Assembly: GCF_020745735.1 (NCBI RefSeq)
Contig: NC_083434.1
Location: forward strand, 38,871,966-38,935,965
Direction of reading: 5' to 3'
DNA: 64,000 nt
Source: Hemiscyllium ocellatum
Lineage: Eukaryota
The notes beneath the pieces were generated by a model, which was not told the origin of the DNA, did not search any database, and saw only the letters and a list, made by a program, of their open reading frames with translations. Below are positions 12,901 through 27,900 of the stretch, piece after piece (position 1 is the stretch's first letter; the number at the start of each line of letters is the position of its first letter). The position numbers and the translations under genes were made by a program.

Positions 12901-15900
12901 GGAAACATTTGAAGAAACAATCCACAATATTCAACAACAATGCATTCTGTTGAAAGTCCAGAATTAAACAAGGATGATCCATCCAAGGCTCAGTCCGGAA
13001 GTTATTCCCAAAACTTAATATGTCTGACAATTAGATGTGCTTTGGAAAGTACCAAAGGCCTATTAAAAAGATAATGAGAAAGGAAAAAGTAGAATCTGAA
13101 AGTAAACTTGCTATAGAGGTAAAATGAAATAGATTAGTTTATGCAAATGTTGGTTGCTGAGAAGGAGACAGGATAAGCTATCTTAAGGACTTTGGAGAGA
13201 CATTTAACATGACAAGTTTTGAGAAGATTTGTAGCTCAGGGTGAGGTTTTGGCTGCAGGTTTGCTCGCTGAGCTGAAATTTCCTGACATTTCGTTACCCT
13301 ACTAGGTAACCTCTTCAGTGGGCCTCAGGCAAAGCAATGCTGAAAATTCCTGTTTTCTATTTATATGTTTGGGTTCTTTGGGTTGGTGATGTTATTTCCT
13401 GTGGTGAAGTCACTTCCTGTTCCTTTTCTCAGGGGATGGTAGATGGAGTCTAACTTGATGTGTTTGTTGATAGCGTTCCGGTTGGAATGCCATACTTCTA
13501 GGAATTCTCGTGTGTGTCTTTGTTTGGCCTCTCCGAGGATAAATGTGTTGTGCCTGTCAAAGTGGTGTCCTTCCTTATTTGTATGCATCTGGACAAACAG
13601 GCAGAAAACTAGCCACCAGGATACATGAACACCAACTAGCCACAAAACAACATGACTGTCTCTCACTAGTATCCTAACATACAGATAAGAAAGGACCCCA
13701 CTTCGACTCAGCGAGCAAGCCTACATCTAGACATTTCCAGTAGGAAGGAAGGACTGTAAGAGGAGCAGTAATCTGCCATGGATGTCGAAGGAAATAAGGC
13801 AGGCTATCAAAGTAAAAGAGAAGGCATACAAAGTGGCCAAAAACAGCAGGAATGTAGAAGATTGGGAAAACTTTAAAGGTCAACAGAAAGCTACAAAATG
13901 AGATATAAAGGAAAGTAAGATAGAGCATGAGAAAAAAAACTAAGAATATAGAGATAGACAGCAAAAGTTTCTATAAATATGTAAGACGAAGAAGAGTGGC
14001 TAAAGTAAATGTTGGTCCTTTAGGTGATGAGAAGGGACAGTTGTGGGATATGATGAAATGGCTGAGGAATTGAACAGGCACTTTCCATCAGTCTTCACAG
14101 TGGAGGATATTAATAACATGCCAGTAAGTGACAAAGAGATTAAGGTAGATGAGGACCCCCTGGAAACAATTGTTATGGAAGAGCTAGTGTTGGGTAAGCT
14201 AATAGATTTAAGAATAGATAAGTCTCCTGGCCTGGATGGAATACATCCCAGGGTACTAAAAGAGATGGCAGGAGAAATAGCAGGTTCACTGGCAGTAATT
14301 TTCCAAAATTCCCTGAACCCTGGGGCAGTCCCAGCAGGTTGGAATATAGCGAATGTGACACCACTGTTGAAAAAGGGAAGTAGACAAAAGATGGGGAATT
14401 ATGCACCAGTGAGTTTAACCAGTGTGGAAGATGCTTGAGTCTGTTATCAAGGAAGAAATAGCAGAACATCTCAAAAGAAATTGTCCTATTGTATAGAAGC
14501 AGCATGAGTTCATGAAGGGCAGGTCGTGCTTCACACATCATTTGGAATTCTATGACGACATTTCAAACAAGGTGGATAATGGGGACTCAGTGGATACGGT
14601 GTACCTAGACTTCCAAAAGGCCCTTGACAAGGTGCCGCACATGGGGCTACTGCATAATATAAGAATGCATGATGTTAGGGGTAGAATATTAGCGTGGATA
14701 GGTTGACTGACTGGAAGCAAAGAGTGGGGATAAATGAGTGCTATTCTGGCTGGCAATCAGTGACCAGTGGTATGTCTAAGGGATTGCTGTTGGGACCACA
14801 ATTATTTACAATTTATATAGATAATTTGGAGTTTGGGACCACATGGTGGAGCAGGCTCAAAAGGCCGGAAGGCCGACTCGTTTATGCAAACAATTTCCTG
14901 ATTCCATGATTCCCCAAGACAGTGTAGGTGTGATATGTTCTAACGTCGGGGCGACCCTGTAAACTGCTTCTGGCTCTGCTGCTTCCCCAGACAATGGAGA
15001 TGTGAAATGCTTCATTATTGGGGGATGATCAAATTTGATTGGCTGGGGGATGGCTATGAAAGCATTTTTGAATGGAAGGGATTGAATGAGAGTTTAATTT
15101 GATAAAGCAGTAGAGTAGTAGAAAATGACTGGCCAGAAGAAGTGAGTCATCCACATTTCTGCATGAATGTCGTCCCCACCCACTTCCAAAGTGTTCTGCA
15201 TCTGGAAAAAGATAGTACAGTTTAACCCTTTAACATTGCGTTAGCGTCCAGGGAGAGAGTACAACTTAATCCTTTAACATTACAACGGTAAAGTCAACAT
15301 AGTACCAGAGGACCCTGGAGTTGCTGTCTTATCAGAGAGAGAGACAACGGAGAGTGGTTTAAATGTTGAGAGTTTGGAAAAGCACAGCAAGTTAGGCAGC
15401 ATCTGACGAGCGGGAAAGTTGGCATTTCGGGCTGGAGCCCTTCAGGAAGGGATGTGGAAGGACTCTGGCTTGAAACTTTGATTTTCCTGCTCCTCGGATG
15501 CTGCCTAACCTGTTGTGCTTTTCCAGCACCACACACTCAACTCTGATCTGCAACCTCCGCAGACCTGTCTCCTACCTGATACTGAGTGTTACCCTGCATT
15601 AGGCGAGAGGAGACCTTGAGAAGGTTGGATCTTCATGGTGATCTCAAGTAGGACCTGAGTGTGCAATTTTAGTCTCTGCAAAGTCTCTGTAAAGTTCAGG
15701 TTTGTTAAATTAGATTAGACTTAGTGTGGAAACAGGCCCTTCGGCCCAACAAGTCCACACCGACCCGCCCATACCCCAACATTTACCCCTACCTAACACT
15801 ACGGGCAATTTAGCATGGCCAATTCACCTGACCCGCACATCTTTGGACTGTGGGAGGAAACCGGAGCACCCGGAGGAAACCCATGCAGATACGGGGAGAA

Positions 15901-18900
15901 CGTGCAAACTCCACACAGTCAGTCGCCTGAGTCGGGAATTGAACCCGGGTCTCAGGCGCTGTGAGGCAGCAGTGCTAACCACTGTGCCACCGTAATCCCT
16001 GGAGTGATAGGTTTGACTATGATGAGAATCTGATGAAATTAGATCTGCATTCTCTGAAGTTTAGAAGAACCGGAGGTTATCTCATGAAATGTGTAAGATT
16101 CTAAAGATGCATTTTGGGTGGAGGCTGAGTGGTTGTTTCCATTGATTGGACAATCTCCAGCACAGGCACAGTCTCAGGATAAAGGCTCTATCTTTTAGGA
16201 CCAAGATAAAAAAATTCTTTAGTCAAAGGGTGGTAAACCTTCTAAATTCTCTTTCCCAGAGTTTTTGGACAGTTACTGTTGCTTATCAAAAGATTCGGTT
16301 TCAGAATTGAATTAACTCTTGTTTCTTTCTCCACAGATACTGCCTGATCTGCTGAGTTCCTCCAATATTGTCTGTTTGTATTTCTGATTTCAGATTTCAT
16401 CTGCAACATTTTGCTTTTGTTTGAAGGTTTTGGGGCACGTGGCAAAGTGGAGTTGAACCCCAAGATCAGTTATGATCACATTGAATTCTGGAACAGACTC
16501 AACTAGCTTTATGGTCTACTTCTGATCCTATCTCTTTATAGAAGCATTGTCCCTTTTGTTTCTGCAATATATTACATATATGTATATAATTTCTATAATG
16601 TGATTTTCTGCAGTTGGGGACTGATGTCTTAAGTGACTTTCTCCAATCTCCATTCTTCAGGATGATCTACGAATTGACGGTCGTGGGTGTGAAGATTATA
16701 GACACACTGAGGTAGAAACAGATGTTGTGTCAAACACAAGTGGATCTGCTAGAGTGAAAATTGTAAGTCCTAAGCAGTGCTGCCTTTATTCTAAATTGAA
16801 AAATTTATCACAATACTTGATTTGAACATTAACTGTGATTCTTTGGAAGAGACAGGATTGTCACCTGGATGTTTCAAACTCACGCCAGTGTGTATGTTCA
16901 TTAAAGAAAAGTATCACTTAGAACATCACAGCGCAATACAGGCCCTACAGCCCTCTATGTTGCAAACCTACACTATTCCATTATCATCCATATGTTTATC
17001 CAATGACCAGTTAAATGCCCTTAAAGTTGGCAAGTCTGCTACTGTTGCAGACAGGGCATTCCACACCCTTACTACTCTTTGAGTATAGAACCTACTTTTG
17101 ATATCTGTCCCATAGCTATCATCCCTCAATTTAAAGTTATGTCTCCTAGTGCGAGCCATCCAAGGAAAAAGGCTGTCACTGTCCACCCTATTTAATCTTC
17201 TGATCATCTTCTATTTCAAGTCCCTCAGCCTTCCCTCATAAGACCTTCCCTCCATATCAGGCAACATTCTGTTAAATCTCCTCTGCGTCGTTTTCAGTGC
17301 TTCCATATTCTTCCTATAGTGCGGCAACCAGAACTGTACGTGGTAGTCCAAGTGCAGCCGTGCCAGAGTTTTATACTGCTGCAGCTTGACCTCATGGCTC
17401 CGAAATTCAATCCCTCTACCCATAAAAGCTAATACACTGTATGCCTTCTTAACAACCCAATCAACCTGGGTGGCAGCTTTTGGAGATCTGTGCCCATGGA
17501 CACAGATCTCTCTGCTCATCTACACTACCAAGAATCTTACCATTAGCCTGGTACTCTCTTCCTGTTGCTCCTTCCAAAGTGAATCACACATTTCTGCATT
17601 AAACTCCCATTTGTCACCACTCAGCCCAGCTCTGCAGCTTATCTATGTCCCTCTGTAACCTACAACATCCTTCCACACTTCCCACAACTCCACCGACTTT
17701 AGTGTCTTTCATAAATTTACTAACCCATCCTTTTACACTGTCATCCAGGTCACTTATAAAAATGACAAACAGCAGTGGCTCCATAACAGATCCTTGCAGT
17801 ACTCCACTAGTAATTGGTCTCCAGGATGAGCATTTTCCAACAACCACCACCCTTTGTCTTCTTACAGTTTCTGATCCAAACCACTAAATCATGCTCAATC
17901 CCATGCCTTCATATTTTCTACAATAGTGTATCATACCTTCTCAAATGCTTTACTGAAATTCATATACACCATGTCAACCGCTTTATACTCATCCACCTCT
18001 TTGGTCACCTCAAAGAACTCAGTAAGTTTTGTGAGGTGCGACTTTCCCTTCACAAAACTGTGTTGACTATCCCTAATCAACTTATTCTTTTCTGGATGTT
18101 TATAAATCCTGTCTCTTATAATCCTCATCTGAACTGTCATGTCTTCCCAGTGGGTTCCCTTGACCTCATGGTCACTTGCCTCTTAACTGTGAAAGATGAA
18201 AATCTGACTCTTGGCTTGCTTCAGAGACTGTGCCAAAAGAAATCTGGGCCAGAGGAAACTTTCCAGCAAATCTGTGAATTGGTGGTGAGTTGAAAATGTG
18301 GAGATAATCAGTTTGCCCACTGTTTATCCCAACATACTTTCAAATTAAAACAGTTGGCATTTCTAGAGGATTGGCAGGCTAAGATTAACAGCAGCTCTGT
18401 TTGACAGGCCAAAATGTGTGCATTGAAGAGACAGTAGATACTGACAGATATATAGAGTTTGTCACAGATCTGCCATAATTTCATTGAATAATGAAGCAGG
18501 TTTGAGGGCTGAATGGCCTACTTCTGTTCCTGTGAGAATCATGAATGCTAGTTCCTTTCCCAAGATGAAAAGCTAATAGAGATATCATCATCAACTTCTT
18601 ATTCAAGCAGGACTTTGCTGAAATACACTTGGACGATCAATAAGGTTTTTTTTTAGACGATTACTGTTGTGGAAATTAGATTCTGGTGGCAGAATGGTCT
18701 AGGCACATTTTTCATGCTAGTGAATTGTCTCCAATTGCTTGTATCATCAGAGGAAGCAATGTTTTCTCATTAATAGTACACAATACACAGATGGTGGAAC
18801 ACTGCCTGCTGCGAACCACTGAAGGAGGCACCTCATTTCTCTATTTGGCAGCTCGGGTAGCTTTTCAATAGATAATCAGCCAGATATCCCATTGAAACCT

Positions 18901-21900
18901 TTCCCTGTTGTATGAAAGTTATCATATTGGACCACTGAAACAGAGAGGTGACTTAGTTTGGCCTTCAAAGTGGTGTGGTGAGCAATGATGCAGATTCCCT
19001 CCAGCACAGAAATCATATAACACCACATCTTACCTCTTATTGCAGTTTTCAGAGAATATGTTAAAAGAATCGAGATATTGGCACAATGTAATTTCACTTG
19101 TTTGAAGAGTTGGTGCAAGTAGGGAGTCAAATGACGACCTCCTACTCTGCAACCATTGGGTGATTCTATGTTGAAGGAGCCAGAAGGATGATGTGACACA
19201 AATTCTTCTGTGTTGCAGACCAATTTGCCATATGGTACAGTTGTCCTGTTTTCCCCCCTCAGTTGAAGCAAAACGCTCAGAGCCACAGTATAGTTTTACC
19301 TCCTTCATCTTTATTCCAGGCCCTGGAGGGAGAGAGAATGTTCACCCATGTGCACAGAGACATGAGTTCTCAGTCTTCACTCAAACAGTAGTTCCTTAAT
19401 GAATTATAGAGTCATTTTACAGGGAGAAACATCCAGATAAGGCAAAGTACGTATTGATTGGATTGCCGTTCTAATCAGCGAGTGTCAATAGTAAAGATTA
19501 AGCCATCTGCTGTTACACAATGAATGTTCTTAACCTTAACTGGCTTCACATAATGAATACTTTTCACCTTATTAAACTGACCTTACATACTGAATTCTTC
19601 CAATAATGTTAAATGGCTCTACATAATGAATACTTTTCCACCTTGTTAACCCATGACCCTTGCCTCCAGCACCCCATTGTTAACTGCAAGTTCTTATTTG
19701 ATCTGAGTCATGCTTAGCTGAACCATTTGCTTCACAAAACCCAAAACTTAACTCTTTCCCTACCTGCTCATACCCTACACATATTCTCAGTCCTATTGTT
19801 CCTTGTATGAGTGCAGTAACCTGCATGTTCACACCTGACAACAACTGTTGTCTTTAACTGGAAGCTGAAGGAAATCATAGTAAAATATAATTAAAGTGAC
19901 CAGTGTTTTCTGGGCAGTCACAATGCCACCCTGAATGTAGCCAATTAAAATGGTTCCTTTATTCAGGCACAATAGTGAAGCTAGATCTAACCTGGTGCTA
20001 CTTAGAGTAACTTTCCTGCATTCCAGCTTCAAACAACAGCTCAATCTGGAGTAAGTATGTCTTGCGAGTCCTTATCTTGCTATGAGCAAAATTCGAATTT
20101 GGCTGTGTCTTATGCTGTAGATTTATGATTTTCAACGTAACTATTACTTTTTGAGAGCAAGAATGAAGGAAGTATTGAGGCTTGTCGGTTGCCATCAGAT
20201 GCAAGAGAAAAAAGCACCACAATTTCCAAGGTCCACATTCTTCAGAGGAAGAGACTGGGCTGATTCAAAGGCGTTTATCCAATTTCAGAAATCTGCTGTT
20301 ATGCTTTCGATGTTAGAATTAAAGTATTTATCGTGTCTAATGCTGTTGCAAGCTTCATTTATGTTCTGAGTAATTTTGTTTCACAAGATATTGATAAAAC
20401 TTGAAGTTTGGAAATCTGCAAGGCACCAAGTTGAAAAGCCTGTCAACATAATGAATATGCTTCTGTATCTATTGTTTATCCAACATCACATGCAGGCGCT
20501 TGATATAATTGTTCCTTTAAGAAAAGGCAGCCAAGATGTTCCCTCTGCATCACGAAACATGTGATGTTGGAATGGGTCCAGTTCTGCCAGGCTGTTGCTG
20601 AATGTGCCAACCATAGTCTGTTACCAACATCCACTTCGCATTCTGAGTTTACTTGGTCAGCAATGCTCTGAGCTTTGATGCAATTCATTGCTTTGGAGAG
20701 TAGCTTTTTTAAGCTGGGCCAGGGTGAAACATTAAAATGATGCTTCACTTGAACAGACCATTCAGCCGATTGGGTTTGTGCTGGGAATGCCATTCTGAGC
20801 TTGCTCAGATTCACGTTTTGTACTGGTTTATTCATTAGTCACTGCATTTCAAAGTTTCAAAGACACTGTAATAGGCAAGATTTGTTTAGAAATGTGAGTG
20901 TTATTGGAAAATAGATAGCACAAGTTATCTGTCAAGGCTGGTACCTTTCTTACCTTTCCAGAATGTCTGTGTGAAGGTAGATCAGGTAAGTAGCTGCAAT
21001 AATTCCCAAACTGTTAGGCAGAGCTCATCAACCAGAATCCCATCACAATCAAGGAGGTTTGGAGTATTAGGAAATGAATGCTAACTTTAAGAGGGGAGTT
21101 AGTGTAGAGTCTCAGAGTGTCTGGCTTTCAGTTTTCTTGAAACCAATCTTTGACATTCTGAATCAGAGTTGCCAGCTAAGCTACCAATTGGCAAAAGTGG
21201 CATTTTGATATCAGTGGATTGAGGCGAAATTTGGGGGTCAAGGAATGCTGTAGTGATGGAAATAAGCCATTTTTAAAGATGGCTTCAAGTTTATTTCAGG
21301 ATGAAAGAGAACACTGCTTTTAACCATTTCAGGATTGGGAAGGCTGCCAACCTCTAGGACTAGCGCTGGAGGGTTTATTTTTGGAAAGAGCTATCTAGCA
21401 TGCTTTCGGTCTTGCCTTTGTAAATCAGGGACGGGTTTGTACCATCTATAACCCAATGTAACTAAAATGTATTCTAGCATGCATGGTAGTCACACTGGAG
21501 ATGTCAGTGCCAGCGATGCACTTAAGACAATTAAAGATATTGGGTACGATGTTCCTTCAGTCCACCACCAGTATTGATGCTGGCACATACAATAGCAAGG
21601 TTAACTGGAGTGGGTTGAATTGAGCAATATGCATGTTAGTCACATTGGTTTAATTGTTAAAAGACTGAGGGAAATGCTTCGTGTTACTGTACTGTTCAAA
21701 GTTCTTTGTTAGAGAAGTAGAAAACGTATTGTGGTATTTACTTTTTCACAGGGTCACACAGATATTCTCGTAGGTGTTAAAGCTGAAATGGGCACACCTA
21801 AACTGGAGAGACCATACGAAGGCTTTTTGGAATTCTTTGTGGACTGGTAAGATGCTTGTCAAATGACAGACCTCAAGGCGAGCTCCACATTAATCCACTT

Positions 21901-24900
21901 AATTAATAAGGATCTGTTTGAAAAGATGTGAAGATCATGACAGGCATAAAAAAAAATTCCTCATCTCTGTACCTCTGGACGTGACAATTTGAATACAGGC
22001 CTGATAGGCCTCCCATCTCTCACCATCTGTGAACTTGTGGCTAAAATAAAACCTGCTCGTTCCCAAGTCTCATCAAGTCCCCTTTCCCGTCATCTCTCTG
22101 CATATTAAGCCTATTGGCTCTTGGCTAAACAATAGTTTACTTTTAAAATTCTCATCCTGTTTTTGAATTCATCCATTGCCTTATACGTTCATTTGATATA
22201 GGAGCAGAATTAGGCCATTCAGCCCATTGAATCTGCTCCGCCATTCAATCACCCCCATTTTCCTGCCTTCACTCCATATTTGTTCAATCCATTGCAAATT
22301 AAAATTGTCTAACTCCTCCTTAAATTTACTCACTGTCCCAGGATCCACCACAGTTTGGGATAGCAAATTCCACCGATTCACAACCCTCTGGGAGAAGTAG
22401 TTTCTCCTCAACTCCTATATTTTAAATTTGCTGCCCCTTACCTTAATCGCCTTGCCCCATCCTATCTCTGTAATGTCCTCAGTTCCCCATTCTGAGATAA
22501 CTGTACACCTAAAATTAGGCCTCTGAAGTATCATCAGTTTTAATTGCCCTGCTGTTGATGTTCATGCCTTAAATTTGGGGCCTGAGTCCCAAGCCCAATT
22601 CTTACCTTACCTATCTTTCCTATTTTTTTTAAATGTCATTTAAAAACGTACTTTTTAGGATATAGACCAGTCACAATTGGATTATGATTGTCCCTAAACT
22701 GTGGTTTGCAAGGCCATTTCAAAGGACAGCCAAGAGTCAATCACCTTACTGCGGGGCTGGAATCACATGTATGGATCAGGTGAGCCTAACATATACTCGT
22801 TCCTAAAGGATATTAACAAGCCAGGTGGGTCTCTAGAACTATTGATTACTGTCATGATCGGAGCCAAGGTTATTAACTGAATTTGAATCTCGCCAGTTCC
22901 TGTGATGGGATTTGAACCTATGTCCCCAGACCAATCATCTGAGCCTATGGTTTACTAGTCCAGTGACATTACCACCATACCACCATTACCTTTTTTACCT
23001 CTACAACCAATCTTTTGGCCCTTGTATGTGCAACAGTCTCAAATATTCCTACAGAGCACCGTATTATATAGCTCTAAGTTGTTAGCAAGCGATTAATGGA
23101 CTTAACAACCACCTGATGAGGAAACAACGCTCTGAAAGCTAGTGATTCCAAATAAACCTGTTGGACTATACGTGGTGTGTGATTTTTAACTTTGCACACC
23201 AGTTCAACACCAGCACCTCCAAATCATTACATTACATAGTGCACTGAACATGCATGTATGTGAATTGTACTTCTATGAATAATCCACTAGATGGTGATAG
23301 TGGAGTGCTTTCTAATGTTGATTGATTTCATTTAATATGTGAGACTGAAATGAGGGCTGGGATCAGCTGGAATGTTTCTCTACCTATTTGAATTCAAAGA
23401 GGTAGATAAATCAGAATGCAGTATTTTCATCATATCTGAACACAATATTATTGAGTTATTTTAAATATGATTTTGCTCACTAGCTCTGCCAATGCAACCC
23501 CTGAGTTTGAAGGGCGAGGAGGAGAAGATCTGGGCACAGAAATCGCCAACACCCTGTACAGAGTGTTTGATAACACCAGTACCTTGGAGTTGAAGACACT
23601 GTGCATTACTCCCAGAGAACACTGCTGGATCCTGTATGTAGATGTACTGGTAGGTTTTCTTCAGAAAGCAGAAAGTTGGAGTCATAAATTTAGAAAAATT
23701 AAAACCGATATGTTTATGTAATGTCAGATTTGGGATTTAAAGACCGTAGTTTAATGCAGGAAAGGAACACTATAATTCGGCTTGCCAGGAGTTGAAGAGT
23801 TTGATATTGACCTTGGCTTTTTTTAAAATTAGAACTGGTTTATTTTAACGGGGTGACATCTGTCATGCAAAGTGAGACAGCACTGAAATTAGACTGTCCG
23901 ATTGCTGCACACTCTGGGAAAGTATGGCACAGCTGTTGAATGATAGCTGGCATGATGCAAGATTTCGACTTGGGCGCATTTGATCAAAGTCCTGCCTCAA
24001 AGCAGCCACACAGCCCATGCACCAAATTGCCTGACTTGGTCAAACACAATGGATTCAGCAAGAAAGCTGAAGAAGAATGGGAATGATTTACTGCCAGCCC
24101 TGACTCCCTGGGTCAATCTGTGTGTTCCCATGGTGACTGATGCTACCAAAACAATTTAGCAATTTCAGCTAAATGTTTCTACCCCAGGGGAAAAAAAACA
24201 CTTTCTCCCAAAGAACCATGGACACCCAGTCAGTGAATCGATTCTGCATATAACGTACATACCACTATTCTAACCATCAAGTTGTCATGTCCAAACAGTA
24301 ACATTAATTTTCTGTAGGAATATCGAATAAAAGGATAAAAAGTTGTTGACAAATGTCAACATCTTTAAAACATGTGGGTTATTTCCATAACGTCTGGACA
24401 AAGCCTGACCATTAACATGCTGAGAGTTACTATTGATCAAAAACTAAAACTGTCCTGTAAATTCTATGGCCACCAGAGTAGGTCAGAGGCTAGGATTGCT
24501 GCCTCATATAGCTCACCTCCTGACTCCCAAAGCCATTTTCCATTGGCAAGCCACATGAGGAGTGTGATGGTATACTGTCTGTATGCCTGCATGGGTGCCT
24601 CCAGCAACACTTAAGAAACTTAACCCCATCCAAAACAAAGCAGTCTGTTTAATCTGCAATTCATCTCCTTCCTTATCAACTCACTTCCTCCACTATGACA
24701 CCCAGCAGCAACAGAGTATGCCTTCTACAACTTATCAAGGCTGCTTAGATAGCACCCTGCAAAACTGTGACCAAACCATTTAGAAGATTAAAGGCATCAG
24801 ATGCATGGGAACACCACCTGAAAGTTCCCCTCTAGGCCTTATGTCATCCAGACTTGGAACTATACCACCATTCTGTCAACATCACTGGAACTCCCTCTGT

Positions 24901-27900
24901 AACAGCATTGTGGGTATATCCACATCCAAAACTCTGCAGCAATTCAGGAATCTGGTCTACCAGCACCTTTCAAGGACAATTAGGAATTGGCAAGAAATAC
25001 CGGCCTAGCCAGCGATACTTATTTCCCACTCGATAATGTAAAAAGAGGAGAATGGTAAGAATTAGATGCTTATCTCAGGATGAGATGTTCAGAATCCGTA
25101 CACCCCATCATTGGGCTGAACTTAATGACAGTGATTCACGTATAGTAGTGCATATGTGAATTAGAAACATTTTTTGGGCATGCAAAATTGTGTCAAATTT
25201 CCAAGTTTTTATATATTAAAATGTACTACGAGACAATTTTTTTTCCCTGTAGAGTACAGAATTTGGAGAGCAATCGTTTTAGTCTGAAAATTTTGGTCTT
25301 TGTTCTTGCATCTTTTTGTTTGATCATTTTAACGTTTTGTTCCATAAATGTATGTGAAAGTATAGTCTTTATTTCTGCAGTGGTTTATGGATTAATGACA
25401 AGTAAATGATGTTTTGTGCATGATCAAAACATTCATATGGTTAGTGTGGCTAGCTATTATAGCTACAAAGCTTGGGCATTCTAGTGTGCATTCACCGTTT
25501 GTCCAATTCAATTCATTGACAGCTATGGTTGTGCTGTATGCATTTTTCCTAATCTCTGTTCTGTCCTGCTTTTGATTAATTTGTGCAATGCAGTAACTTT
25601 TTTTGCATGTTTTTCATGTGTTTCCCCAACAAAGGACAATATTCTCAATGAGACCTGTTCTCTCCCCTCTGCCCCTTCTTTACAATCTGGCTATGTGTTT
25701 TACACAACCTTCCTAAGAGTACATTTTGAAAAGGCTTGGCCATAATACACAACTTTTGTTAACTTGAAGTTGTCTGTTTTTCAGTTGTTGGAGTGTGGTG
25801 GAAACCTTTTTGATGCAATCTCTCTAGCAGTCAAAGCAGCACTTCATAATACTAGGTAAGAATTGGATTCGTGTGTTTTATGTCCTGGGCAACATTCCCT
25901 TTAAGCTTCTAGGCCACACAGCTGTTCATAGGCCTGTGCAGCAGCAGAAAAAAAATGGAGGAAAGATATGTCTCAGGGGCACTACCAAAAGTAATATAGA
26001 TCACCAGTTATTATTAAATATAGTACCACTTGCACTGAATGGACTGTGTGAATTTTGTTGTATTTTTGGAATGTATGCTATGCCCCTTTTAATAACATGT
26101 AGGATATGATCATGCATATGGTTATCTTCAGCCTTTTGGGGGCATAAAGCACTGAGGGTTTTTGCTTTAGGAAAGATGTGAATGGTGCATTGGAGAGAGT
26201 GAAGAAGAGATGTGTAAGAATCTTATAAAGTTGGACTGGGGATGTTGGGACTTATTTCATTGGAAAGAAAAGCCATGAGTGGGTTGGACAGAGTAGACAG
26301 GGAGAAACTGTTCCCTTACATAAAAGCATCAACAACGAGAGGGCACAGCTATAATTTACAAAAGATGCAAATGTAATGTAGGAAGAAAACATTTTCACAC
26401 AAAGGGTATGGGCTAAATGCTGGCAAATGGGACTAGATTAATTTAGGATGTCTGGTTCATCATAGACGAGTTGGGCTGAAGGGAGTGTTTCTATGCTGTA
26501 CATCTCTATGATCCTCCAACAAGCAGTTAGGGTCTGGGTCATGCTGTCTGGTGGTGTGGTTGAGCTAGGTTCAATTGAGGCATTCAGGATGATTATTTAT
26601 ATAGGATCAATATTCAGCGTTATGGGTTTAAGGCAGACAAATAGCATTGAGTCGTTACACTCATTCAAAGAGCTGCTGCAGATACTGGGCTGAATGACCA
26701 TTTGGTGCATCATACTTCTGTGATACTGCATGAGCACCAGAATCATTAACTATGTAAGAACATTCATCAAGGGCAGCATACCAATCCTTAATCCCATGTC
26801 CAGGTTGTCGCTCTGTTTATGCCTACAAGATAATGGTGTCACATAAGCAGGTGGGATTATATTAACATTTGCACTATCAATCCTGACCACTGACCGAATT
26901 GATTAATCTTTTTATACCAAATCGTAAAAACTCGACTCATAAGCCAAGGGGTTGGTTGTTTACTCTCTCTCCGATTTACCTTCTCAAGATGACCCACTGT
27001 ACTTTCCTTCCTTGTGTGTTTAGCACATTTTCTCTGATATAGCTGTGTTTATGAACTGGCAACACTTAAAATAGCAGCCGTCAAACTTTAAAGTGTCAGT
27101 TGCTACTTATTTGTACTTTCTTGGATTGCAAAAACAGTTCAGGCGTGGCCTCAGAAATGCAGCATCAACTTGCTGACTATAAGCTTACAAGACTTAACAT
27201 CACTCTGAACCAGTGGCATTCACTTAGGATTAGATTTCAAGATTGTTAATGAATTAACAGTGTTAAATATCCAGCCTGTTGGATGGCTTGGAATTAAATA
27301 CTTGTAGTTAGAAATGTCTCCAGAACTTCATCGATATTGTGCTTAAGAGCTGCTGTGGATGAATTTGTAGCTTTGTCTTTCTCTGAAAGCTTTGAGATAA
27401 TTTGCTGAAATGCTAGAGTAATGAACGTCCATATGGAAACCCAATAACCATTCCCCCTGGATTCCGGGCTCCTGGTTACATGTTGGTAGTGCTTCCTGAG
27501 CCAGCTGGTTTAAATCTCACTTTCTTTGATCTCAGACAAACATGTTATATTTGTGTGTGCTCCAAAATCTCTCAATTTTCTACTGTTTATCATTTTATAA
27601 AATAACTCCTGTAGGTACTCGTGCAAAGAAGTTGGCTGAAAGACCACTTCTTTACAAAGAGGAGATAAAGTGCAATGTAACCATTTTCATTTTATTTTCT
27701 CCATCTTTTCAAGAATTCCAAAAGTCCGAGTGCTCGAAGATGATGAGGGTGCCAAGGAAATTGAGCTCTCTGATGATCCATATGACTGCATTCGACTCAA
27801 TGTGGAAAATGTACCTTGCATAGTCACTTTAAGCAAAGTAAGATAAACCTACTTCTATGTACAAATACCTTGCACAAAACCTTTTTACATAAATGACCTC

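Noticed and set aside
20476-20835. 119-aa ORF with FPAQTQSAEWSVQ, faintly like integrase/transposase motifs
   Set aside because: Too short and degenerate to support without an HMM search.
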